Positions 39,193-51,289 of a stretch of 64,000 nt of DNA are shown one piece after another. The notes beneath the pieces were generated by a model. That model saw only the letters and a list, made by a program, of their open reading frames with translations, was not told the origin of the DNA and made no database searches. Origin of the DNA: Octopus sinensis (taxonomy: Eukaryota); contig NC_043006.1 of NCBI RefSeq assembly GCF_006345805.1, positions 94,612,001 through 94,676,000 on the forward strand, given 5' to 3'. A program made the translations under genes and the position numbers. Each line of letters opens with the position of its first letter. Position 1 is the stretch's first letter.

Positions 39193-39233
<41 letters not shown>

Positions 39234-39307
39234 CACACACACATATATATATATACACACGTATATATAGCTCTCTCTTTCTCTTTCTCTCTCTACACAC
39301 ACAAATA

Positions 39308-40168
39308 TGCGAGGTCTGATCAATAAGTATCTAGACTGTGGCCATACTATAGAAGCTAAGGCACGCAGTGTAAAGCCGCTTGACAAAGATTGACCTTGAA
39401 AACTGCTGTGCATGCGAACTAGGTTTTGACGTTCTAGCTCACTTCTGCTGTTTACAGTAGTGCTTGGAAGTCACGTGGAGCATGTGATCGTCACATTGAC
39501 CATGACAGAGAAAGTTGTAATGGTGAGTCCTGTTCAGAGGCTTATGCAAAGTTGCAGAAAGTATATGGAGAGGAGTCTATGATCCGCACACATTTGTACG
39601 AGTGTTTCAGATGTTTCCAAGATGGCCGAAAAAATATCGATATTGACGAACGTTCAGAGAGACCTGCAACTAGCAGAACTGAGAGAAACATCGCAGATGT
39701 GCGTGTAGCTGTGAGGGGAAATTGTCGAATCCCCATCCGTGAGTTATTAGAGGATGTGAAGAGTAGTTACGTCTCAGTTCAATCCATCATCGCGTGTCTG
39801 CCAAGCTTGTGCGAAAACAGTTTTAAGCTGACCAAAAAGACACTCGGGTTTCAATTGCACAAGATTATCTTGTGTTGGGAATGATGAATACTCTTCAAAA
39901 TCTATGTATGGGCTTTTGATCGCGTATCGCCAAGCTGCTGGCAAAATTTTGATGCTCAACTTTCTCTGTCATAGTCAATGCGACAATCACACGCTACACA
40001 CGTTACTTACAAGCACTGCTGTAAACAGCTGAAGTGAGCTACAACGTTAAAAGTTAGAGCTGATGCACAATAGAGTCCCAGATCAACCTGTGCTAAGCAG
40101 CCTCATTCCGCATCCTTTAGCTACTTTACTATCGCAACACTCCGGATAATTATTGACCAGACCACGTG
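39308..40168. mobile_element. mariner-derived fold-back element (5' end present at both termini, in inverted orientation)
   Basis: TA-flanked CGAGGTCTGATCAATAAG / CTGGTCAATAAT ends. The plus strand encodes the mariner HTH region (KVYGEESM...FQDGRKNIDIDERSERPATSRTERNI...RVSAKLV). The last ~230 bp are a diverged inverted copy of the first ~200 bp. Confidence 0.8.
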
Positions 40169-40371
40169 TATGTATATATGATACGAATGTACACACACAC
40201 AAAAACACACAAACATACATATTCTCACACAGACAGATATGTGCTGCGAGCAGGCATGTGCACGCTATGAGTAATTGCGTATTATATTATAAATCTACAT
40301 TAACACACAGCAGTAACTTGGTAGGAGAGAGTAATCCAGTCGACTAGTGTATAGTTTCACCTACCTATCCT

Positions 40372-40610
40372 ATGTATGTATGCATGTGTGTATGTATGTA
40401 TGTATGTATGTATGTATGTATGTATGTATGTATGTATGTATGTATGTATGTATGTATGTTTGTATGTATGTATGTATGTATGTATGTAGGTATGTATGTA
40501 TGTATGCATGTGTGTATGTATGTATGTATGTATCTATCTATCTATCCATCTATCTTTTGTCTGTCAGTCTATTTCTCTGTCTATCTGTCTATCTTGTCTG
40601 CTTGTCTGTG

Positions 40611-40693
<83 letters not shown>

Positions 40694-40781
40694 ATATATA
40701 TATATATATCTGTCTGTCTATCTATCTTGTCTGTTTGTGTGTGAATCTATCTATCCATCCATCCATCTATCCATCCATCTA

Positions 40782-40828
<47 letters not shown>

Positions 40829-40870
40829 GTCTGTCTGTCCTTCTGTCCATCTGTCTGTCTATGTATGTAT
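40372..40870. repeat. (TATG)n, (TATC)n, (CATC)n and (TC)n compound microsatellite
   Basis: Directly visible. Confidence 0.95.
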
Positions 40871-41409
40871 GTTTGTACGTATTATGTATCTGTCTCCCTG
40901 TCTGTTATCTATCATGCCATCTTTCAAAATCTCTCTCTCTCTACATACAAGTGTGTGTATGCGTGTGTGTTTGTGCGCGCGTGTGTGTCTATAAGTATGT
41001 ATTCAAATATCTGTCTATTTATTCGTTTTAGTATCTATTCAACAAATATCAACAAAGGAGACGAGCAAAAAAAAAAAAATCTTACATAAATTGCAGTGTA
41101 AAATTGAAAATGCCATAGTTTTTTGTTACAGAGTTATATGGAGTTTATATTACATACTGCCATAAAATAGTACAATTTTCTGCAATGCTTCATTCAAAGA
41201 GTGCGACATATATGCAAGCATGTATACGATTAAATATATTTCTGAAAGTATGCATATGTGTAAAGAAATGATTTTTTTAGACTGTTTTTTTTTTTACTTC
41301 TACGTATATAAATTGATTTAATTGTGGGTTTTCTTTCTGTGAAAGCAAACATTGTATCAGGGAAAAAAATCGTGAAATATTACAAAATCAGATGAAATGT
41401 ATGTATGCA

Positions 41410-41444
<35 letters not shown>

Positions 41445-42267
41445 ATGCGCAAATAAATAAATATATTATTGAATACATAAATATACAAAAGTATTAACTT
41501 CAGATTCAATTAGCGTAAATTTCCATCTTTGCAAGCGTGTGTGTGTCTATTTTCATGTATACATACATGAATATATATACATATGTATATGCGTATGTAT
41601 ACACACATATATATATATTTATGTGTACACACACACACACACACACATATATATTTATATAAATGTGTTAGGGGTGTAAGGATATATATATATATATATA
41701 TATATATAGATAGATAATTATAGATATACACACCTTTATACACACACACAAACACACACACACACACGCACATATGTATATGTATATATATATATATATT
41801 ATATATATATATATATATATATCCTTGCCTCTCTCTCTCTGTCTCTCGTATGTACTGTATTCATGAACATAGAATAACTTTCACTTCCCGTAGTCTGTCT
41901 TCGTTTCTTTCTGAAAGGAATTCAACATATATAACGAGAAGATTAATTGAAAATATGCTTTAAGTTATGTTTAGTACTTTTTACGTGTAAACGGTTATAA
42001 AAATGTATTATGAAACTGCTGTTTATGTGTTTGCATGTATGTATCTATCTCTTTAGCCATCGATCTCTCCCTGTGCGCACGCACACATACACACACGTAC
42101 TAGCTTTAGCTCAATGGCTGTAGGCATACTCGGACACCGCCAACAGGTGTTGCTACAACTTCGTTACACCCCAATATCTGAATTTTAAATGGTGCCTTCC
42201 ACCGCATACAAAACGTAACATCCCATACTGCTTACCCAGAAGATTCTGCACTATTGTAGAAGATCTA

Positions 42268-42978
42268 ATGACCAGAAATAAGCGCCTGATGGAACTGAAA
42301 GAATTTCTGCTCAAACAAAAATACCCGTCCCTACTTATAGAAAATGGTATTCAGTGGGCTATAAAAATACCCATACAACAACTGAGGACACCACAAAGAA
42401 GAGAAAAACAAGAACAAATCATACCATTTATAGTGACATACAACCCGTGCCACCAGAACATCTTCAATATCGCTAAAGCAAACCTAACAATCATTGCACA
42501 AAGTAAGGAATTGAGAAATATCATTAGAGATCAAACTTTAACTCACAGTGAAAGACAGCTTAAAAGCTTGAAAAAGTTATTAACAGAGGCAAGGTTTGAC
42601 CTTAGCAAAAAAAGATCAACCATTCAATTAATTCATACCGGCCCATATATGAAGACAAAAACCGGGAAAATATTCACAAACGCGAATATGAACTGCAAAA
42701 GCAGAAATTTAATTTACTGCATCAAATGCCAAAATTGTGAAGAAATATATGTAGGTCAGACGGAAAATGCACTATCAGAATGCTCACGTGTACACCGACA
42801 ACAGATTAGAGACCCAGAGGTCCGTCAGATACCTTTGAGTAACCACCTAGCAACATGTGGTCGGAAAATATATATAATATTTCCATTCTACAAATTACAC
42901 AGCCCAAGTGAAATCGAGAGGAAAATCAAAGAAAAGAATTTTATTGATAAATTCGAACCCAAGCTAAATAAGCAATAA
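42268..42978 (+). CDS. Penelope-like ORF C-terminal part (GIY-YIG endonuclease), open for 236 aa
   Basis: LIY/YVG bipartite motif with CxxC, R and E residues. It is a fragment of a transposon ORF, not a host gene. Confidence 0.8.
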   Translation: MTRNKRLMELKEFLLKQKYPSLLIENGIQWAIKIPIQQLRTPQRREKQEQIIPFIVTYNPCHQNIFNIAKANLTIIAQSKELRNIIRDQTLTHSERQLKSLKKLLTEARFDLSKKRSTIQLIHTGPYMKTKTGKIFTNANMNCKSRNLIYCIKCQNCEEIYVGQTENALSECSRVHRQQIRDPEVRQIPLSNHLATCGRKIYIIFPFYKLHSPSEIERKIKEKNFIDKFEPKLNKQ

Positions 42979-43449
42979 TAATAATACTTAGAGGTACTAC
43001 ATCTACTGCTATGACCATGACCACTAACAACAACAACAATACTAAAGGTGATCAAGATGAAGATAGCAGGAAAATTATCTTATTTAGGGTTAAAAGTTCC
43101 ATTGCCACCACCATCACCACTAGCAACAATAATTAAGGTGCTGACAATAATGATGATGACAATTGAAATATAAAAATCCCTGACAAAGGCTATTTACAAC
43201 ATTTCTAAAAATAGTCTAACAATTGTTGCCTCGGCCAGGTGTTAAGATACAGGACTCTTGACATAATCAACAAAGCGTGACGCCTAAACCAATCAGCTTA
43301 AGTAATTGAGTGATACTACACACTGATTGGTCAAAATACAGTTTGCAAAACCTAGCAATCTGGAGCCTACACAGCTGTATTTAAGGCACACATTTAATCA
43401 TCTCGCTACAGTAAAAAATTGTGAAGCATGACTGTCACCACTACTACAT

Positions 43450-43492
43450 GGACCTGAAGATTGCAGAATTTAATGCATGAAAGTACTAGTTC
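43450..43492 (+). ncRNA. minimal type I hammerhead in the PLE 3' repeat
   Basis: GGAC-CUGAAGA-U-UGCA(GAAUUUAA)UGCA-U-GAAA-GUAC-UA^GUUC, with palindromic AGUACU stem III. Predicted cleavage is after 43488. Confidence 0.75.
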
Positions 43493-43661
43493 AATCAGAA
43501 TGAACATTTAACATTCTATTATTTTATTTTATTTTATTATATTATCTTATATTATATCATTATAAGATTGTAAATAAAACGTGAAAATCAGACAAGGTTG
43601 GAATTCCTTTTATTAATATATATATATTATTATATATATATATATATTATATATATTATAT

Positions 43662-43765
<104 letters not shown>

Positions 43766-43851
43766 ATATATATATATATATGTATGTATATATATATATG
43801 TATGTATGTATATGTATATATATATATGTATGTATATATATGTATATATGT

Positions 43852-43889
43852 AGGCGCAGGAGTGGCTGTGTGGTAAGTAGCTTGCTTAC
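43852..43889 (+). mobile_element. SINE family II head, 5' piece (interrupted)
   Basis: GGCGCAGGAGTGGCTGTGTGGTAAGTAGCTTGCTTAC; the SINE resumes at 46165. Confidence 0.85.
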
Positions 43890-46164
43890 AGGTTGCTTCT
43901 ACGCATGTGCAAATCAGTGTGGTGCTTGACACCGAAGATGTAAGACGTGTTTTTGAAAGCAGTCTCAAATTGAAGACTTTTGAATGCTCAGCCGTAAGGT
44001 AAGAATTTGGGGGGGTCTAGTGGGGACCTGTTGTATGTTGCAGATTATTTTTACAAGCAACAAGTCCACACCAAGCTCTAGCCTGCCGGAGGCTGAGTGA
44101 AAATATTATTCACTTAATTGTGAAAATTATTGGTTTGGTAGACGTATCCTGCCAAATTATTGTTTGAAAATAGTGTTGTTCCTGTTAAGTACCTAGAAGA
44201 AATTTGGAATGTTTTACAGTTGTGTTAAATTTTGGCCGTAACGGTGAATTAAGAATTTTTGTTTGAGAATTCTCCTTGTGAATTCTAGTGTGCGTATTTC
44301 AAAAAAAAAAAAAAAAAAAAAAAATAAGAATAAGCCATTTGGATTACCTTTTTGGAGTATTATACAAAGGATTCCCTGCCTGTGCTATTTGTGAGATTTT
44401 TCTTTTACTTTTCCCTTCTTCTATTATTTCTTTCTTTCTAAAAATTTTTGGTTCATTCTTTTCATTACTTTAATTTCAGTTTCCTCCCCTCCCCTTTATT
44501 TTGTTTTATTTTTATTCGGTTTAATTTTTTGGCAGACTGTCTTTTGAACTACTTTTGAACTGTTTTTTGACATGGCAGAGAAGGAACTTAGAAAGAAAAA
44601 CTCTATCTTAGAGTGGGAAATTAACCAGCCTAAGCAATGGTTAAAAGATATCGAGGAGAAAACGGTCGTACTTAGAACGTATTCTAAAGTTCTTAATTCC
44701 ATCACCGTCTTCCCAAAACAAGTCATAAAAAATGAACTTAAATAACATTTGTCCTCTGTAAAATATATATCCTGTGGTGTCAAACATGCAACCGAATGGT
44801 TGCTGTTTGATAACGGGGAAAAGGCTCGCTAGTTTGCGAGTCAGCCTTTAGAAGGCAAGGAAATTCTGTTCACCCAGTCATATTGCGGGAGGAAATTAAT
44901 AAGAGCCTGAGTATGTGGGTTGCCCCCAGGCACCGAGCGGATTGGCTTGAAGATACCATCCGACGGGGACTGGGGGATGGCGGGCCCAGGCTCTTAAATG
45001 TAAGGGTATTGCCGGCGGTCGATTGGGAAGGGTCAAAAGCGATTTTGACCCTGTGGACCCCATCGGCCGCAACAGAACTGTTTTTTCCAGATTTCTTGAA
45101 AATGGCTGGCTGCAGGTATCCGGTGATACTTGAGGGACGTCCCCCAAAGTGTCACTCGTGCCTGCAGCCAGGCCACATTAAAAGGAACTGCCCCCAGGAG
45201 CATGGTAAGGTCCTGGAACAGATACCAGATGCCACCTCCCCTACCCGGTCAAAAAGAAAGGTGGATGTGGTCGAGGAGTCTTCAGCCTCCTCATCTCTAA
45301 AAGGATTAAAAAGGAAGAAGGCGGGTAACAATAGTTGTCTGCCGAAGGAACCTAAGGCTTCGGGAGGCGGGGGAGTCTCCGGACAAAGCGGAAGAGCTCC
45401 ACTCTCTCGAAGCCAGGAAGAAAAGAAAAAAAAGAAAGAAGAAGAAGGGGTCATCTCAGCAGGGAGATGATGTGCCGACTGCATGCCCCGAAGTTGTGCC
45501 ACCCACGGTGGAAGAAACCACCCCCACCCTTAAAGATGATCAATTGATTATCTTTTTCTACAAGGGCGGGGAGGTGGAAAAAATAGTAGAAGAACATAAA
45601 GAAACAGTAGATATGCCCTTCATACGGGATCCCGAATGGCCTCCGCAGATAGCTGTGGAGGTCATAAGGTTTCCCTTGTGGGAAAGGCTTAAAGGATTTG
45701 GGGAGGAGTGCCGCATATGGCCGGGTGGCCCTTACACGACTTACATGTCCTACATGAGTGAGGCATGGGAAATGGCGGGATACAGGAACTCAAGCGGCAC
45801 TGAATATAATGATGAATATATCGATGAATATATCGAAGAGTAGGAGGTGAAAGACCCTCGTTACAGAGTTTGAAACCTCACCTTATTGGACTATTTTGTA
45901 GTGGTTTATAACCTCAATTTTGTGTTTTAAGAAAAAAAAAGAAAATATGTTAAGTAAGAGGTTTTAGTGCCTCCTTGTAAAAGGTTTGAAACCTTATATT
46001 TATTGTAAAATAAAAAAAAAAAAAAAATGCTTTCGAGAAAAATCCAATCGGCGGGTGTTGGGTTTCGTCATTCATCTATTCATTATAATTCATTTCATTC
46101 ATTAATGTGTTTGTCCAGCCCGCAAAGCTCTTTGTACTGTCTATATGAAAACTTTATGAAATAA
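43890..46164 (+). mobile_element. 2275-bp ORF1-only non-LTR retroposon insertion with a 15-bp TSD
   Basis: TSD AAGTAGCTTGCT(T/A)AC at 43875-43889 and 46165-46179. Single gag-like ORF; AATAAA plus A16 at 46009-46027; no RT or endonuclease. Confidence 0.8.
44572..45843 (+). pseudogene. ORF1/gag-like nucleic-acid-binding protein with one CX2CX4HX4C knuckle (~423 aa reconstructed)
   Basis: ATG at 44572 (MAEKELRKKNS...). In-frame stops at 44743 and 44830, and compensating frameshifts near 44905 and in the A-run near 45425. CHSCLQPGHIKRNC at 45150-45191; basic/Ser-rich linker; acidic C-terminus. Confidence 0.75.
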
Positions 46165-46306
46165 AGTAGCTTGCTAACCAACTACATGGTTCCGGGTTCA
46201 GTCCCACCGCGTGGCATCTTGTGCAAGTGTCTTCTGCTATAGCCCCGGGCCGACCAATGCCTTGTGAGTGGATTTGGTAGATGGAAACTGAAAGAAGCCT
46301 GTCGTA

Positions 46307-46351
<45 letters not shown>

Positions 46352-46575
46352 ATGTGTTTGTGTGTCTGTGTTTGTCCCCCTAGCATTGCTTGACAACCGA
46401 TGCTGGTGTGTTTACGTCCCCGTCCGCCCCCGTCACTTAGCGATTCGGCAAAAGAGACCGATAGAATAAGTACTGGGCTTACAAAGAATAAGTCCCGGGG
46501 TCGATTTGCACGACTAACGGCGGTGCTCCAGCATGGCCGCAGTCAAATGACTGAAGCAAGTAAAAGTGTAAAAGA
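46165..46575 (+). mobile_element. SINE family II, remainder after the insertion
   Basis: CAACTACATGGTTCCGGGTTCAGTCCC...GGCGGTGCTCCAGCATGGCCGCAGTCAAATGACTGAA. Confidence 0.9.
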
Positions 46576-46849
46576 ATATATACTTTTATATATATATATA
46601 ATATATATATATATATAATATATATATATATTGTGTATATATACTGTTATATATATGTATATATATATTATATGTATATATATATGTATATATATATGTA
46701 TATATATGTATATATATATGTATATATATATATACATATATATATATATACATATACATATATATATATATATATATATAAGTATATAATATATATATAT
46801 GATATATAATATATATAATATTATATATATATATATATGATGTGTGTGT

Positions 46850-47052
46850 GTGTCTGTTTGGTGTGTTTGTACCAACACGATCGCTTGACAACCGATGTTT
46901 ATGTCCCCGTAACTTACCGGTTCGGCAGAAGGGACCGAAAGAATAATTACTAAACTTACAAAGAATAAATCATGGGGTTGATTTGTTCGACTAAAGGCGG
47001 TGCTCCAGCATGGCCACAGTCAAATGACAAAAACAATTAAAAGAATGAAAGA
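46850..47052 (+). mobile_element. SINE family II, 3' half
   Basis: GCTTGACAACCGATG...GGCGGTGCTCCAGCATGG. Confidence 0.85.
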
Positions 47053-47556
47053 ATATATGGTATGAAATGTCCGCTCATACGTTATTCCAATTAACAATGG
47101 AATTGCCCCATGTACTGCTGTTGTATGAATTAATACACTTACATGTGAGTGTGTTTGTGCGCATGGGCGCGTGCGTGGTGGAGATCAGAGAATTCAAGCG
47201 TCTATCCCGGGCACCAATTCTGCGAAGAGCGCCTTTCTGAAGAGTTGGAAGAGTTTCCTTAGTACAACACGTGAACTAACTGTAATACCCGTAACGCAGA
47301 TGTACGTGTGTGTCTTGGGTGGGTGTGTATGTGTATATGTGTGTATGTGTGTGTGTGTGTGTGTCTTTGATTAAGTTTTAACTGCCTGAAAACATTTTTA
47401 TCCATGTGTATTTGCACTCAAGCGAAACTTAAGCTCCTACTCAAAACGAAGTCTATAATACACATACGAACGATATATATATATATATTATATATATATA
47501 TATATATACACGTATTCATATATATGTGCTTCTATTTATGCATATATGAATATATA

Positions 47557-47590
<34 letters not shown>

Positions 47591-47890
47591 CTGTGTGTGT
47601 GTGGTGTGTGTTTGTATGTATGTGTGTATGTGTGTGTGTTTACACATAGAGACACACACGCACGCACATGCACATGCACACATATACATGCAAACATACA
47701 TAGATGTGTAATATATATATGTACGTATATTTCATATGAGTTCAAATATATCTACATACATACACACACAGATAGAAATATTGATGTATTTATATACATC
47801 TATATGTATCTATTCTGTATATTTGTGCATATATATATGTGTGTGTTTGAGTTTGTGTGTGTGTTTGTGTAAGTGACTGTGTGTATGTAT

Positions 47891-47930
<40 letters not shown>

Positions 47931-48200
47931 TTGTAAATATATATTTGCATGTATGGTTATAAATATGTGCATCTATATGTATGCTTACAGAAAAGCATAC
48001 ACCCACGTATATAGAACTACGTGTATGTGTGTGTGTGTGTGTGTGTTTGTATCTGTGTCTGTGTGTGGGAAAGTGTGTGTATAAATAGAGTATAAATAGA
48101 TATACCTCAACGCTTACATGATTACATTGTATAGTGAAAACTGACACGCCATCAGACCCAAACACATACATACATACATACATACATACATACATACATA

Positions 48201-48233
<33 letters not shown>

Positions 48234-48876
48234 TGTGTGTAATTATGCATAATTTAAAGGAAAAAAAACCCATCAAATCATACTCCTTGCCTTCATCTTA
48301 AGCCATTTTGCCTTCAAGAAAAGATGAAATAGGAATAAGAAAAAAAAGATGAAAGCAATATATTCCCCATTAAGGCATCTAACCTTGTTGTCTCCTTCCT
48401 CCACCTTTTTTCCTTCTTCCATTTCTACGACCTCCTTCCAACACATATACACGCTAATCTTGAAGCTCTCCTTCAATACACTTGCACGAACACACACATG
48501 ACATACACACACACACACATATATACATACATATATATATATATATATACATGCACTAGCCTCTATACGTTGTGAATTAAAGTTTTATGGTTTGTATTTT
48601 GTAGCCATTACATGGTTGCTCAACCTGTTAGAAATGGCAAAATAATTTCCTCAATTCTCATCCCACCGTTTACAAATATGTATGTGTGCATGTATGCGTG
48701 TATGTATGAATATGAAAAATGCAGGAAAACGGGTGAAAATGCGTCATATTTTTGTACGAATAAAACAAGATTTATTTTTTAACAGCGGTAAAAAGTATTT
48801 TTCTATGTCTGTCTGTCAGTAATTATACACACATGCAGATACACACATACCCAGTCACACACATATACACGCAAAA

Positions 48877-48912
<36 letters not shown>

Positions 48913-49588
48913 ACACACAGAATTCTTTCCAGCCTAAATATGCTTCAAGGCTATTCAAGGAAATAGAAACGGTGAATGTCTTTGTTACAGGATCAAATAT
49001 TCTTCGTGTGTTGCGTATCTCAACTGGTAAAATGTTTCTATTTATGCCCATCACTGCTTCGCGCTCGTATTCCAGAATGACTGCCGAAAGTAACAATAAT
49101 TTTCTTAGGTCTTTCAATTTGCCTCAGTTGATCAATAGACCAATTGAGCAAACCTATCAGTAATGCACCTGTAATGATTACTGCAAACAGTTGTACGCCA
49201 GACTTGCACAAACAAAGGAATTATATGTAATGACCATTATTTTTACATTGCTTCTTATATATCACAGTAAAAATCAGTTTATCTGAAGCCCATCCACAGA
49301 TTTCCAATATAGAATAGTGATGAAGCATGGCCTGAGATCCTACAAAAGATTACTTGGAATTCTTCACTAATCTAAATAATATTGTTAGTCTAAGGTGCCA
49401 ACAAAAGGCTTATGAAGTATTTTGTCAGGATTGATAAGCTCTCTCTCTCTCTCTCCCCTCCATATATATATGCATATATACACATATAGATAGATAAATA
49501 GATAAACTGACTAGGTTCAGGGCTTGTGCGGTCATTCTGCTCAACATTGTAGGTTACTCTTCCGTTATATGTAAGAATTATGTAATCA

Positions 49589-49625
<37 letters not shown>

Positions 49626-49628
49626 AAT

Positions 49629-49930
49629 GGAGGCGCAATGGCCCAGTGGTTAGGGCAGCGGAGTCGCGGTCGTAGGATCACGGTTTCGATTCCCAGACCG
49701 GGCGTTGTGTTTATTGAGCGAAAACACCTAAAAAGCTCCACGATGCTCCGGCAGGGGGTGGTGATCCCTGTTGTACTCTTTCACCACTCTTTCTCTCACT
49801 CTTTCTTCTGTTGGCCTGCACGCTTAGCCAGCGGGGTGTCGTCATTCGAAGGCTAGAACAATGCGAACGCATTGTGACCAGCGATGTGTAACAACGTCTG
49901 ATGGTCTGGTCGGTCACGTGATCACGTGAT
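49629..49930 (+). mobile_element. tRNA-derived SINE family III (tail type B)
   Basis: Same head and core as 2082-2270, but a different tail ending GTCACGTGATCACGTGAT(AT)n. Confidence 0.85.
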
Positions 49931-51289
49931 ATATATATATATATGATATATACTCAGGGTTTTTAGCGTTACAGAAATAAAAAGGAGAGGAAGGAGATAT
50001 TTCCTAAAGTAGGGCTTAAGTGGTAACAAACTAAAAGCTCTATAACTCCTAAAATACTTAAACTTGAAAGCTGAAATTTGAGATATACTGCTTGTGCATT
50101 GCATTAAGTAAGCACGTCAGTTTGGTCAAAACTTGAGTAGGCATTATGAACCGCCACACCCTAGAATTTTGCATGATTTGGGTCAAAAGTGATGTCAGAT
50201 TTCTTCATTTGAGGGTGAAGTTTTTTTGTAAAAATTCAAAATAAAGATTATTTCCCTTATATATATAAAATTGTGCTTCGACTTTTGATACAGGAAATTG
50301 TTTACTTCCAAAAAATCAAAGTCATAACATTAACATATATATATTTATATATTTATATATATATATATATAAATTAAATATAAAATATAAATTACAAAGT
50401 GGGACAAGAACGCAAAAACACACAAGGAGACGACACAAAAAAACAGACGGGTCACTCGAAGCCTCTAATCTTCAGTCGGGAACCGGATCATCTTAGTAAT
50501 TTCGGCTGTTTAATCTCGATATTACTCCGACCCGGACAGCCCCAAGGAAAAACCAAGCCACAGGCATTGGATTTCTTGGAAAGAGGGTCGAATGTATACG
50601 GAACAAAGACAGGATGCCACACGAATATAAACACAAGAAACAAAAATAGAAATAAAAAACACGAATGGTGGACAGTACAAGGACAGGAGCGTCTTACGAC
50701 TTTAGACAATTTTTAACTTATCTTGGCTTGCGTATATGAAAAAAGCCTTCAATGGCAAAAACGAAAACAACGTGAGCGTGGCCGCGGTCAGGCCGAAATG
50801 ACCAGTTTGAACGCGGTCACGTGAGAGCACGGAAGAAAGGGAAAGAAAAAAGAAAGGCAGGGAGCAAGGAATCAAAGAGAGAGGGAAAGAAAGGGACGAA
50901 GGTACCAGGGGAGAGAGAGAGAGAGAGAGAGAAGGGAGTAATAAGAGAGGGGAGAAGAAACAGGATTGGCACAGCAATAGAAATGACGGTGCAAATAAGG
51001 TGGGGGAAGAATCAGAGGCAAGAAAAGAGAAAGACACATACTATAGAGAGAGTGTGTAAAGACGTCGTACAAGGTAAAAATGTGTAGTATATATATATAT
51101 ATATATATAAGTGTGTGCGCGTGTGTGTGTGTGTGTGTGTGTGTGTCTATATGTGTGTTTGTGTGTGTGCTTGAGTGTGTATGTGTGTTTGATGGCAGAT
51201 AAATATGGAGACACAACAGAGTGGTGGATGTATTGTTCACTTCAATCTGGGACAATATGCAGTGGGACACAACCAATTGAAAAGTGGCG

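Larger units (their letters stand above)
42194..43570 (+). mobile_element. 5'-truncated Penelope-like element (RT thumb + GIY-YIG endonuclease + pLTR)
   Basis: HTKRNIPYCL.RRFCTIVED...QKYP...IPFIVTYNP...NLIYCIKCQNCEEIYVGQT...HRQQI...KLNKQ*, followed by a 3' region with a hammerhead. Confidence 0.9.

Noticed and set aside
40347-41031. Long YVCM/YLSI ORFs here and at 57592-58306, and the many YI/CV/HT/LLL ORFs in the track
   Set aside because: They are microsatellite translations with no coding signal.
48803-49163. Overlapping short ORFs and a possible 36-nt exon at 48990-49025
   Set aside because: Splice-like sites occur frequently by chance in this composition, and there is no homology evidence.
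50440-50530. Two possible minus-strand hammerhead relics
   Set aside because: One lacks GAAA and the other lacks CUGANGA, so they are too decayed to call.
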